A stretch of DNA of 64,000 nucleotides from Candidatus Woesearchaeota archaeon (GTDB lineage Archaea; Nanobdellota; Nanobdellia; Woesearchaeales; GW2011-AR4). Below the pieces are notes generated by a model. It was not told the origin of the DNA. It worked only from the letters and a program-made list of their open reading frames with translations, and did no database searches. The translations under genes and the position numbers were made by a program. The stretch is from assembly GCA_018303505.1 (NCBI GenBank), contig JAGVYA010000040.1, forward strand, positions 6,809-70,808, given 5' to 3'. Position 1 is the stretch's first letter. Every line of letters starts with the position of its first letter. This document shows positions 9,023-17,373 of the stretch, one piece after another.

Positions 9023-10693
9023 ATGAAAGATTTGCCTAATATTTTCACAAAAATAAACGTACAGATACTTGAACTTCTTTCAAGAGAAAAACTGCATATA
9101 AGAGAGATTGCAGGAAGAATAAAATGCTCTCCTGCAAAAGTGCATGCATGCATAAAGGTTTTCAAAAAAAATAACATTGTCAAGGAAGTTAGCGAGAAAA
9201 ACAGGAAAGTTATTGTGTTGAACCTTGAAAATGAGCTGACAAGGCAAATTCTTCAATTAATAAATATAGACAAAAGCATTGAAGGCCCTTATTTAGTGCC
9301 GGAAAAAATAAACTTGTTTGATGCAATAAGCCCGCTTGATTTCAGGTATTATGGAAGAAATAAGAATATATTTGCAAAATTGCAGCCATACCTTTCTGAA
9401 GCAGCTTTTATAAAATATGCCTTGAAGGTTGAATCAGCTCTTACAAGAGTTCTTGCAAAAAACCAAATCTGCTCGAAAAGAATTGCTGATGAGATGGAAA
9501 AGGCATGCAGACAAGTCACTCCAGAGCAAGTCTATGCCGAGGAAGACAGGATAAAGCATAACATAAGAGCGTTGTCAAACTGCATAAGGAATAAGGTAAG
9601 CGAAGAAACAAAGCCATTTGTTCATTTTACAGCTACAAGCTATGACATAATTGCAACTGCTGACGCATTAAGGTACAAGGATTTTACAAATAATGCTCTA
9701 ATTCCAGAATTATTAAAATTCCAGTCAATATTAATTAATCTTGCTCTTAGGGAAAAAGGTGCAATACAGATTGGAAGAACACATGGGCAGCATGCTGAGC
9801 CAATTACATTTGGCTTTGCAATTGCGCAGTATGTAAGCCGTCTCGGAAATTCCATACTAAAAATCAGAAAAGCAGCAAACAATTTAAGGGGAAAAATGGC
9901 AGGCGCTGTAGGAGCTTACAATGCATCCTCATTATTTTTTAATGAGCCTGTTGAGTTTGAGAAAGAAGTCCTAAATGAACTTGGGCTAAAAGCATCTCCA
10001 ATTTCAACGCAGATTGTTGAAGCAGAGTTTTTGGCTGATTACTTAAGCGGCATTATCTCTGCATTTGGAGTATTGGCAAATTTAGCTGATGACATGAGGC
10101 ATCTTCAAAGAAATGAAATTGGCGAAGTTGGGGAATTTTTTGAATCAAAGCAGGTTGGCTCATCAACCATGCCGCAGAAGAGAAATCCAATAAACTTCGA
10201 GAATGTAAAAAGCATGTGGAAAGAATTTATGCCGAGAATGATGACAATTTACATGGACCAAGTATCTGAGCACCAGAGAGACCTGACAAATTCCGCATCA
10301 ATGAGGTTCATCCCGGAAATATTGGCTGGGTTTTACGTTTCTGTTTTAAGGCTGAATAGAGTTATGTCTGAATTGGCTGTTGACAAGGAAAATATGAAGA
10401 AAAATTTTGACATGAATAAAAATATGATTGTTGCAGAGCCGCTTTACATTTTGCTGGCTGCAAACGGGCATCCTGATGCGCATGAATATGTAAGGGAAAT
10501 GACTTTAAAATCGCAATTGAGCAAAATTCCATTAATTTCCTTGGTTAAAAAAGATAAATCAATAAAACAATATTTGAAAAAATTCAATAAAAAGCAATTG
10601 GAAATTCTAAACAATCCTGAAAAATATGTTGGGATTGCCGCAGAAAAAACCGAGATGATATGCAATTATTGGAAGAAAGAGTTGAAAGTATGA
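9023..10693 (+). CDS. purB: Adenylosuccinate lyase (PurB) with an N-terminal winged-helix DNA-binding domain of about 95 aa fused to it
   Basis: Residues about 100-556 are PurB (ISPLDFRYYG..., fumarate-lyase signature GSSTMPQKRNP). Residues 1-90 (ILELLSREKLHIREIAGRIKCSPAKVHACIKVFKKNNIVKEV) form a TrmB/MarR-like wHTH. There is no stop codon between the two parts. Confidence 0.7.
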   Translation: MKDLPNIFTKINVQILELLSREKLHIREIAGRIKCSPAKVHACIKVFKKNNIVKEVSEKNRKVIVLNLENELTRQILQLINIDKSIEGPYLVPEKINLFDAISPLDFRYYGRNKNIFAKLQPYLSEAAFIKYALKVESALTRVLAKNQICSKRIADEMEKACRQVTPEQVYAEEDRIKHNIRALSNCIRNKVSEETKPFVHFTATSYDIIATADALRYKDFTNNALIPELLKFQSILINLALREKGAIQIGRTHGQHAEPITFGFAIAQYVSRLGNSILKIRKAANNLRGKMAGAVGAYNASSLFFNEPVEFEKEVLNELGLKASPISTQIVEAEFLADYLSGIISAFGVLANLADDMRHLQRNEIGEVGEFFESKQVGSSTMPQKRNPINFENVKSMWKEFMPRMMTIYMDQVSEHQRDLTNSASMRFIPEILAGFYVSVLRLNRVMSELAVDKENMKKNFDMNKNMIVAEPLYILLAANGHPDAHEYVREMTLKSQLSKIPLISLVKKDKSIKQYLKKFNKKQLEILNNPEKYVGIAAEKTEMICNYWKKELKV

Positions 10694-10702
10694 TTTATTA
10701 CT

Positions 10703-10823
10703 ATACTCACGGACAAAAAATATTGAACAATTGTTGTCCATTCGTAATATGTCGGAAATTGCAAAAATGTATAATAAATTGTTACAATTTCCGAGCATGC
10801 TCAAAAATCTTTGATTTTTGACA
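10703..10823. repeat. Copy A of a conserved intergenic element of about 125 bp (two hairpins plus the GAGCATGCTC palindrome), upstream of fabI
   Basis: It shares TATACTCAC..., an exact 20-mer TTCGTAATATGTCGGAAATT and an exact 22-mer ATTTCCGAGCATGCTCAAAAAT with copy B at 52022-52160. Both hairpins carry compensatory substitutions between the copies. Confidence 0.7.
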
Positions 10824-10950
10824 AGCAAAAGACATTGATTTGACAATGCTTAAGCTTTCATTCAAATTCCAGCTTCTCAGTAAGATTTATAAAGCAAGAT
10901 TGTTTCTTCGACGTAATATAAAAAAAATAATATTTTGGAGTAATGACAAA

Positions 10951-11724
10951 ATGAGCGTTGCAATTGACCTGAAAGGAAAAAAGGCAATAGTTTTTGGAAT
11001 TGCCAATGACAAGAGCATTGCGTGGCACATAGCAAAAAGGCTGAATGATGCTGGATGCAGGATTGCAGCAGGCTATCAGGAAAGAGTGGAGCAATTATTT
11101 TTGCCTTTGATGAAGGAATTAAACAATCCGGTTTATGCAAAATGCGATGTTGTTGACGATGCCCAAATGGATTCTTTCTTCAAGAAGATTCAAGAAGATT
11201 TTGGAGAATTTGATTTTTTGATTCACAGCATTGCATTTGCCAAAAGAGAGCACTTGCAAGGCAAGTTTATGGATGTTGACAAAAGAGGCTACCAGGTTGC
11301 TCATGAGGTAAGCGCTTATTCCTTGATAGAATTGGCAAGAAGGGCAATGCCCATGCTCAAAAAAAATGGCTCAATAATAGCAATGACTTATCTCGGAAGT
11401 GAGAAAGCTGTGCCTGGCTACAACATAATGGGCGTTGCAAAAGCTGCTCTTGAATCATGTGTTAGGTATTTAGCTTGCGATTTAGGCGAGAAAAAAATAA
11501 GAGTCAATGCCATATCTGCTGGGCCAATTGCAACGCTAGCTGCATCCGGCATTGCAAACTTTCCAGAGATGCTTCTAAACTATGTTGCAAAAGCGCCATT
11601 AAAAAGAAACATTACAGCAGACGAAGTTGCAGACTGCGCATTATTTCTTTGCAGCGACTTGTCAAAGGCAATAACTGGGCAGGTTATTTTTGTGGATGCT
11701 GGATACAATATAATGGGGATTTAA
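10951..11724 (+). CDS. fabI: Enoyl-[acyl-carrier-protein] reductase FabI (SDR family)
   Basis: GIANDKSIAWHIAK glycine motif and the Y-x6-K region MTYLGSEKAVPGYNIMGVAKAALESCVRYLA closely match FabI. Confidence 0.75.
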   Translation: MSVAIDLKGKKAIVFGIANDKSIAWHIAKRLNDAGCRIAAGYQERVEQLFLPLMKELNNPVYAKCDVVDDAQMDSFFKKIQEDFGEFDFLIHSIAFAKREHLQGKFMDVDKRGYQVAHEVSAYSLIELARRAMPMLKKNGSIIAMTYLGSEKAVPGYNIMGVAKAALESCVRYLACDLGEKKIRVNAISAGPIATLAASGIANFPEMLLNYVAKAPLKRNITADEVADCALFLCSDLSKAITGQVIFVDAGYNIMGI

Positions 11725-11773
11725 TTATATTGTAAATAATAGGGATTTAATTATATTGTAAACTTTAGCTAAA

Positions 11774-11786
11774 AACCTTTATAAAC
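11774..11786 (+). promoter_or_regulatory. Archaeal BRE/TATA promoter AACCTTTATAAAC, 22 nt upstream of the purM ATG (leaderless-type)
   Basis: The same 13-mer occurs at 20347-20359 upstream of rpS3Ae at the same spacing. Confidence 0.5.
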
Positions 11787-11807
11787 ACCAATTCTTACTC
11801 TTTTAAT

Positions 11808-12911
11808 ATGAAGCAAAGCTACCAAGAGCGGGAATCAAAAGCTGTTGATGCCATTAAAAAAGCAATTCCTAATTCTTTAAAATCAAATATGCTTCAGCAA
11901 AGCAAAGGCATGTTTGCTGAGCTTTATGAAAATAATGAGGTTTTTCCTAAGCATTACATTGCAACTGCTATTGACAGCGTAGGCACGAAAATAATAATTG
12001 CAGAAGCCATGGAAAAATACGGCACAATTGGCATTGATTGCGTTGCCATGAGTGCAAATGACTTGGCAACTTTAGGCGCAGTTAGCCCTTTTTTGTTTAT
12101 GAATTGCATATTGTGCCAATCTGAAATACAGGAAAAAAGAATAACAGGAGATATAGTGAAAGGAATGTCAAAAGGTTTAGAGCAATGCAATGCTTCAAAT
12201 ATTTTAAAAAATTCAATTAAGATTAATTTTGGAAAAGGAGAAACTGCTTCAGTAGATGAATTATTAAGTTCGCCAAAAAGCGGTTATGCTTTTGATATCA
12301 TTGGTTGTATGGTAGGTTTCATTGAAAAACAAAAATTAAATAGACGAAAAGTAAAAGCTGGACAAAAAATAATTGCATTAAAAAGCTCTGGGACTCATTC
12401 AAACGGCTATACAGATTTAAGGCATTATTTATTGAAAGGGGATTTTGAGACAAGGCAAGAATTCAAGAAAAAATACAAAGGCAGATTTAATTTGGATGAT
12501 AAATTTGATGGTTCAACAATCGGCAAAATTCTGTTGGAGCCAACAAAAATCTATATTCAAACTATGGCAAAAATATCAAAAAATTTTGATGTTGTTGGTA
12601 TAAATAACACTGGTTATGGCTTAAAGAATTTCAATAGAATTAAAGAAAAAGTTGAATTCAGAATTAACACGCCATTAAAACCGCAAGCAGTTTTTAGTTT
12701 GATGCAAAAAGAATCTGGATTTAGTGATGAACAAATGTACAAAACCTTCAACATGGGAATGGGATTTTTTGTGATTTGCAATAAAGAAGATGTTGATGAT
12801 ATTTTGCAGATTGCAAAGGATGGTGGTGTTGTTGGGGAAGTGAGAAATGGTAATGAAACTGTAACTGTTTTGGAGAAGTTTAAGAATAAACTCTCATTTA
12901 GAGGATACTAG
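11808..12911 (+). CDS. purM: AIR synthase family protein (PurM-like)
   Basis: DSVGTKIIIAEAMEKYGTIGIDCVAMSANDL matches the PurM N-domain DGVGTK signature. Purine context supports the call. Confidence 0.65.
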   Translation: MKQSYQERESKAVDAIKKAIPNSLKSNMLQQSKGMFAELYENNEVFPKHYIATAIDSVGTKIIIAEAMEKYGTIGIDCVAMSANDLATLGAVSPFLFMNCILCQSEIQEKRITGDIVKGMSKGLEQCNASNILKNSIKINFGKGETASVDELLSSPKSGYAFDIIGCMVGFIEKQKLNRRKVKAGQKIIALKSSGTHSNGYTDLRHYLLKGDFETRQEFKKKYKGRFNLDDKFDGSTIGKILLEPTKIYIQTMAKISKNFDVVGINNTGYGLKNFNRIKEKVEFRINTPLKPQAVFSLMQKESGFSDEQMYKTFNMGMGFFVICNKEDVDDILQIAKDGGVVGEVRNGNETVTVLEKFKNKLSFRGY

Positions 12912-12946
12912 TGCCTTATCTTGTGCCTCAGAATCATATACGTTGG

Positions 12947-13423
12947 TTAGATATCACCTAGTTTTTCTGCGGCTTTATCCCTTCTGTATGTGTATACTAT
13001 TGCTCCTCCACCAACACCTATAAACGCAGAAATAAAAAAAATCAAACCTTCCGGACTATCTAGTCTGGTGTTAGTTGGATATTGTTCAAGATCACCGTAT
13101 TCTTTTGCAATATCTTCTGCATACGGAAATGATGCTAGCGATTCTCTTTCGTTGGAAAGCTTGCGCAATCTTCTTTCCAATAAATTCCTAACAACTTGGG
13201 GATCTCTATATTTTGTATGTATTGCATTATGGGAATCAACTTCCTTAACTGTTTTTGAAAGCTCTTGTCGAACTTCATGTAGTCTGGCTATTCCAGGATT
13301 AGCATGTCTTATATTGCGAAGCCGAGCTTCATAAAATGACTCACCAATAATAATACCGCCGAGTCCACTTAATCCAAAAACCGCTACTCCTATTAGTGCA
13401 CTTTCAATTCTAGATAATGACAT
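12947..13423 (-). CDS. Membrane protein with two TM segments (N-terminal TM, coiled central segment, C-terminal GxxGG TM); paralogue of the next gene
   Basis: It has hydrophobic ends and a charged Arg/Glu-rich centre. The overlapping plus-strand ORF is Ser/Leu-rich antisense noise. Confidence 0.5.
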   Translation of the reverse strand: MSLSRIESALIGVAVFGLSGLGGIIIGESFYEARLRNIRHANPGIARLHEVRQELSKTVKEVDSHNAIHTKYRDPQVVRNLLERRLRKLSNERESLASFPYAEDIAKEYGDLEQYPTNTRLDSPEGLIFFISAFIGVGGGAIVYTYRRDKAAEKLGDI

Positions 13424-13498
13424 TTTATTGAATACAAGTAAACAAGGTCAATTTAAAAAGATTTGGTATTTCAATCTTGAGAAGTATAATTTAAACAA

Positions 13499-14020
13499 TT
13501 ATTTGGTTGAGTCTTCATCAGTTAAATGAAATTCGATAGTGCCCTCCTTCTTGGCTGGATTGCCTCCCGTAAGTAGCGCTCCTAACAAGCCAACAACAAA
13601 TGCGGCTCCGCTTACCCAAGTAATTTTATCATACATATCCTGTTGTCTAATTACGTTTCTAACTTCAACTCGCGACATTAATACCCTATATTCTCTAGCT
13701 AAATCAAGTTGATTGGTAGAATATTGATAAACTCTATCAGGTGATCCTCTGGCTTCGCCCTTTCTAAATAAATCAGAAATCTCTCTTGTCAATTTAGGAA
13801 TTTCAGCTTCTATTTTTTGCACTCTTCCAAGTACACGATTTGAATCATAAGGGGAGATATATGTGCCATAAACAACACCACCCAGTCCAATAAAACCTGC
13901 GGCTGCAACTGATAGCATAAACTTAGTATACATTCTCTGCCCAATGTTAAGTCCTTCTGCACTTATAGGTTTTTTCTTCCATATTAACCAACTTAGAAAT
14001 AGCAATTCTTTTAAAAACAT
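13499..14020 (-). CDS. Membrane protein with two TM segments; paralogue of 12947-13423
   Basis: Same TM-coil-TM architecture, in tandem on the same strand. Confidence 0.5.
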   Translation of the reverse strand: MFLKELLFLSWLIWKKKPISAEGLNIGQRMYTKFMLSVAAAGFIGLGGVVYGTYISPYDSNRVLGRVQKIEAEIPKLTREISDLFRKGEARGSPDRVYQYSTNQLDLAREYRVLMSRVEVRNVIRQQDMYDKITWVSGAAFVVGLLGALLTGGNPAKKEGTIEFHLTDEDSTK

Positions 14021-14054
14021 TTGCAGTCAATAAAAGAAAAACAAAATTAAGATT

Positions 14055-15056
14055 TCACTCATAACAAAGCACTGTCCTTGCTGTATTCCTTACCTCGACT
14101 GCTGTGGCTTTGAGATTTTCAACAATTTTAGCGATTGCTACTAGATTTGAGTTTGCAGTTTTGCTTTTAGTGCTTGCATGCATGTTTGTATATCTTTCTA
14201 GGAATTTGTCGCAAACTGCAGTTCTATCTTTATTTGTCACTTCTATGCCGATTGCAGCCTTCTTATCCTGATTATAATAGGACTTCATGACTTCATTGTA
14301 AGCCTCGCTTATGTCAGTGTGTATCTTGTCAAGCTCTGCAAGCGTTGCTCTTTCAAAGTTAGCTGTGGACAAGTATCTTGCAATTCTTTTCTGCCTGTCT
14401 GCTATTTTTTCCAGCCTTAAAATAGTGATTATATCGCTATGAAGTTGCCATGAATCTATGCCAAGAGATTTAGCAATACGGGGGTTTTTCATTGCGTTTT
14501 TTAAAACCCTGTAGCCAAGGAAATAAAGCCTGTTCACATCAAAATCCCTGTTGTGTATGCTCTCATAGTTGCAATGCCCCCTATAGCATAATATTGTGTC
14601 TTCCATCATAGCCCTTGTTATTATATCCATCCTTCTTATTATGTTGCTGATGGATATTTCATTGATATTGATTAGGTTTTTCGCAACAATCCTTGTAGAA
14701 GTTTGCTCCATTATCTCCAAGCCAGAAAGATTCCTGATTATATCCTTTATCTTAGGAGCTCCTTTATCATTATTATCAAATAAGATGTTTATTGTGTCAT
14801 AGCCATTTAAATAAGAAGATACAATTTCTGCTTTCAGCATTTCAATATCCTTATTTTTAGAATCTATATCTATCTCTTTAAAATCCAGTTTTTTTTCCTG
14901 CTGGTTTGCGCTTAGAGTCAGCCCAAAGCCATCATCGCTTACAGAAATCAAGTCGCCTTTTTTTAAATTATTTTTTTCAACCCAGCTCTTTGGCATTGAT
15001 ATGATATAAGAGCCTTTACCGAAGCTTATCAATTTTCTGACATCAATATTAACCAC
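14055..15056 (-). CDS. PhoU-family regulator with an N-terminal AbrB/SpoVT-like swapped-hairpin domain
   Basis: The N-terminus VRKLISFGKGSYIISMPKSWVEKNNLKKGDLISV is AbrB/MazE-like. Two helical PhoU-like repeats follow. This matches the archaeal PhoU homologue architecture. Confidence 0.6.
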   Translation of the reverse strand: MVNIDVRKLISFGKGSYIISMPKSWVEKNNLKKGDLISVSDDGFGLTLSANQQEKKLDFKEIDIDSKNKDIEMLKAEIVSSYLNGYDTINILFDNNDKGAPKIKDIIRNLSGLEIMEQTSTRIVAKNLININEISISNIIRRMDIITRAMMEDTILCYRGHCNYESIHNRDFDVNRLYFLGYRVLKNAMKNPRIAKSLGIDSWQLHSDIITILRLEKIADRQKRIARYLSTANFERATLAELDKIHTDISEAYNEVMKSYYNQDKKAAIGIEVTNKDRTAVCDKFLERYTNMHASTKSKTANSNLVAIAKIVENLKATAVEVRNTARTVLCYE

Positions 15057-15404
15057 CCCCTTTTGGGCTAATTTGTTTTGCTTATGTAAAATTAAGGCAT
15101 ATATAAAGATTATTATTAAAAATTATAGATATTGTAGAATATATTGTGATATATAGATAAATTCTTTTTTATATAGTATATATGTTATATAGGTTAATTA
15201 TTTATATAAAAACCCAACATTTGTTGATAAGTGGGGTGATGATGTGCTAAAAAAAAGGCATTACAGCGATGAAGAAAGCGATGACGGCAATAACATCTAT
15301 TCAAAAAATGTCAGGGAATTATTGCTTGATGACGATGAATTAAGCCCAATGGAAGAGGCATTTATGAACGGTTATGAGGATGCCGTATAAAAAGGTGGTG
15401 GGAA

Positions 15405-15545
15405 GTGGCAAGATACGTTTGCATTAACTGCGGGACTTTTATTGTGAAAAGCGCGATAAGCGATCCTTACATGTGCAGGGACTGCGAGAGATTATTGGAA
15501 GGCACTGAAGGCAGGGAGAGGTATAATTATCTCGATAATTATTAA
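15405..15545 (+). CDS. Small zinc-ribbon protein (CxxC-x17-CxxC), about 46 aa, GTG start
   Basis: (V)ARYVCINCGTFIVKSAISDPYMCRDCERLLEGTEGRERYNYLDNY. Its stop overlaps the next ATG as taATGg. Confidence 0.35.
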   Translation: MARYVCINCGTFIVKSAISDPYMCRDCERLLEGTEGRERYNYLDNY

Positions 15546-15850
15546 TGGGGGTAAAAATGAAGCTGCACCAGCAGTTTGACTTGAATCTTAACGCTTTAAA
15601 AATAGATGATTTTAAGGATATACCTAAAGCAATAAATGAAATCCCGGTTTTAGTTGAAAAACTGATTAAGGATTTGCTGGAAGAAGGCTACATTGTTATT
15701 GAATCATCTGCTCGTTATATGGGAATCCCGAAAAGCATAACAGTTGTGAAGGATTTTACAGGCCCTTTTGTCACAAAGTTTTCTGCAAAGGTGCAAAATG
15801 ATTTTAATGCTCTTTCTAATACAATAGGTATTGAGAAATTGTTTGAATAA
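15545..15850 (+). CDS. Hypothetical protein (101 aa)
   Basis: ORF only. Confidence 0.4.
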   Translation: MGVKMKLHQQFDLNLNALKIDDFKDIPKAINEIPVLVEKLIKDLLEEGYIVIESSARYMGIPKSITVVKDFTGPFVTKFSAKVQNDFNALSNTIGIEKLFE

Positions 15851-15924
15851 TAGACGTGTCTAAAACCCTCAAATTCCGCCTTTTTAAGCCGTAAAAAGCC
15901 ATTCTAATTAGGAAAGATACATAA

Positions 15925-16668
15925 TTAATTTATTAACAAAACGTGACCAATTTTTTGTTGATATTCTTTTGCTACTACAATTATAGACCTGTGTATTTCT
16001 TTATCACAAGTAAAAAACCCCATAGTGCCTATATCTTGATTACAAGATAATATCTCAGCAGCTAATAAAATATCTTCGTAATCTTTCTTATTATCAAATA
16101 TCTTATATTTACTTTCTTTAATCTTTTGAATCCACTCTTCATAAGTATCATATTGCTCTATATTCATTACATAAAAACTATGGAAAAAGTGCAAAAATTT
16201 ATTTAAAATTTCTTCCGCTCTTTTTTCTGCTTCCACATTATACTTCTCTCTAAATTCACCAAAAACCCCATTATTTTCAAATAACTCAGGAATAGAATAT
16301 TCTGTTAAGAGTAGATTTATAAAATTTTTAACACCACCTATATTAAAAGTTATTTCTTCAGATTTTTCTTTAATAAATTTTTCAATCTGTTGGTGTATAT
16401 TCGCAGATAGTGCGAGAGTGCTTGGTTTATAAGTTTCTGAGGGAGATTTACTTCTTTTAGTTTTTTCTTCTCTAATAGCAATCTCAATTATTGCACAACA
16501 AGTGGTCAAATAATCTTTGTAAGTGTATATAAAAACATGTTTTACTCTTGCTAATAACACATAATCATTTCTTTTATTTTTAGCCATAAAAAGCCAAACT
16601 TTATTATGAAATAAATCATTAGAATTACCATAAGCAAAAATTGTATTTACGTCGGAAGACAACTTCAT
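15925..16668 (-). CDS. Hypothetical protein; the C-terminal approximately 60 aa resemble the last two strands of a PIN/nuclease fold
   Basis: ORF with DILLAAEIL...FFTCDKEIHRSIIV (T-x-D-k-d motif). The rest is unassigned. Confidence 0.4.
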   Translation of the reverse strand: MKLSSDVNTIFAYGNSNDLFHNKVWLFMAKNKRNDYVLLARVKHVFIYTYKDYLTTCCAIIEIAIREEKTKRSKSPSETYKPSTLALSANIHQQIEKFIKEKSEEITFNIGGVKNFINLLLTEYSIPELFENNGVFGEFREKYNVEAEKRAEEILNKFLHFFHSFYVMNIEQYDTYEEWIQKIKESKYKIFDNKKDYEDILLAAEILSCNQDIGTMGFFTCDKEIHRSIIVVAKEYQQKIGHVLLIN

Positions 16669-16671
16669 TTT

Positions 16672-17373
16672 TCAAACATTATAATTAGGTTTAAATCCCA
16701 GTTGGTATAACACAGATATTCGCTCTGATCCAAGAAGTTTAGCAAAATACTCAAATTTTTTATCTTTAGCTTTATCTAAATGCATAAATATGTATATAAT
16801 CCTTAATAAAAAGTATTCAATTGGAATTCTTGTTTCGTTAAACTTTAAGATAGTGAAAGATGATAACTTAATATCCTTATATTTATTATAAAGTTCTTTT
16901 GATTGTTCTTGTATGTATTTAAACACTAACATTATTTCATTAAGTAATTTAATTTCAGATATAGACATATCAGAAGTTTCATTATATTTAAGTGCATCAT
17001 AAAATTCTTTTGCAAATTTAGAATATTCCAACATAGAATCTACTAAAACTTTCCACCTAATTTCTTGAATATTTTTATTTGTTAGTTCCTCTACGCTACA
17101 TTTTCTTATTAATTCATCTGATATACCAAAAAGTTCATTTAATTTGTCAATATTTTTAAAAAATATCTTGAGATTCCATTGTTCTTCAGGCAGAGTTTTC
17201 ATGAATTCATTTAGCTTTTCAATGTCTATGTTCCTGCGCTTTAACTCATTAAGAACAAGCTTGGCATTAATAGAATGATCTTTCTCAATAAAAAGTTTGT
17301 CTAGATAAGTTCTGACCGTAGACATAAATTCTTCTACCTTACTTGAGAATTGGTCCGAATTAAGAGAATCCAT
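16672..17373 (-). CDS. Hypothetical alpha-helical protein (233 aa), co-oriented partner of 15925-16668
   Basis: ORF with a 4-nt gap to the downstream gene, so operon-like. Confidence 0.4.
   Translation of the reverse strand: MDSLNSDQFSSKVEEFMSTVRTYLDKLFIEKDHSINAKLVLNELKRRNIDIEKLNEFMKTLPEEQWNLKIFFKNIDKLNELFGISDELIRKCSVEELTNKNIQEIRWKVLVDSMLEYSKFAKEFYDALKYNETSDMSISEIKLLNEIMLVFKYIQEQSKELYNKYKDIKLSSFTILKFNETRIPIEYFLLRIIYIFMHLDKAKDKKFEYFAKLLGSERISVLYQLGFKPNYNV

Noticed and set aside
12990-13334. 114-aa plus-strand ORF inside 12947-13423
   Set aside because: It is Ser/Leu-rich antisense noise. The minus-strand product has a coherent TM-coil-TM architecture.
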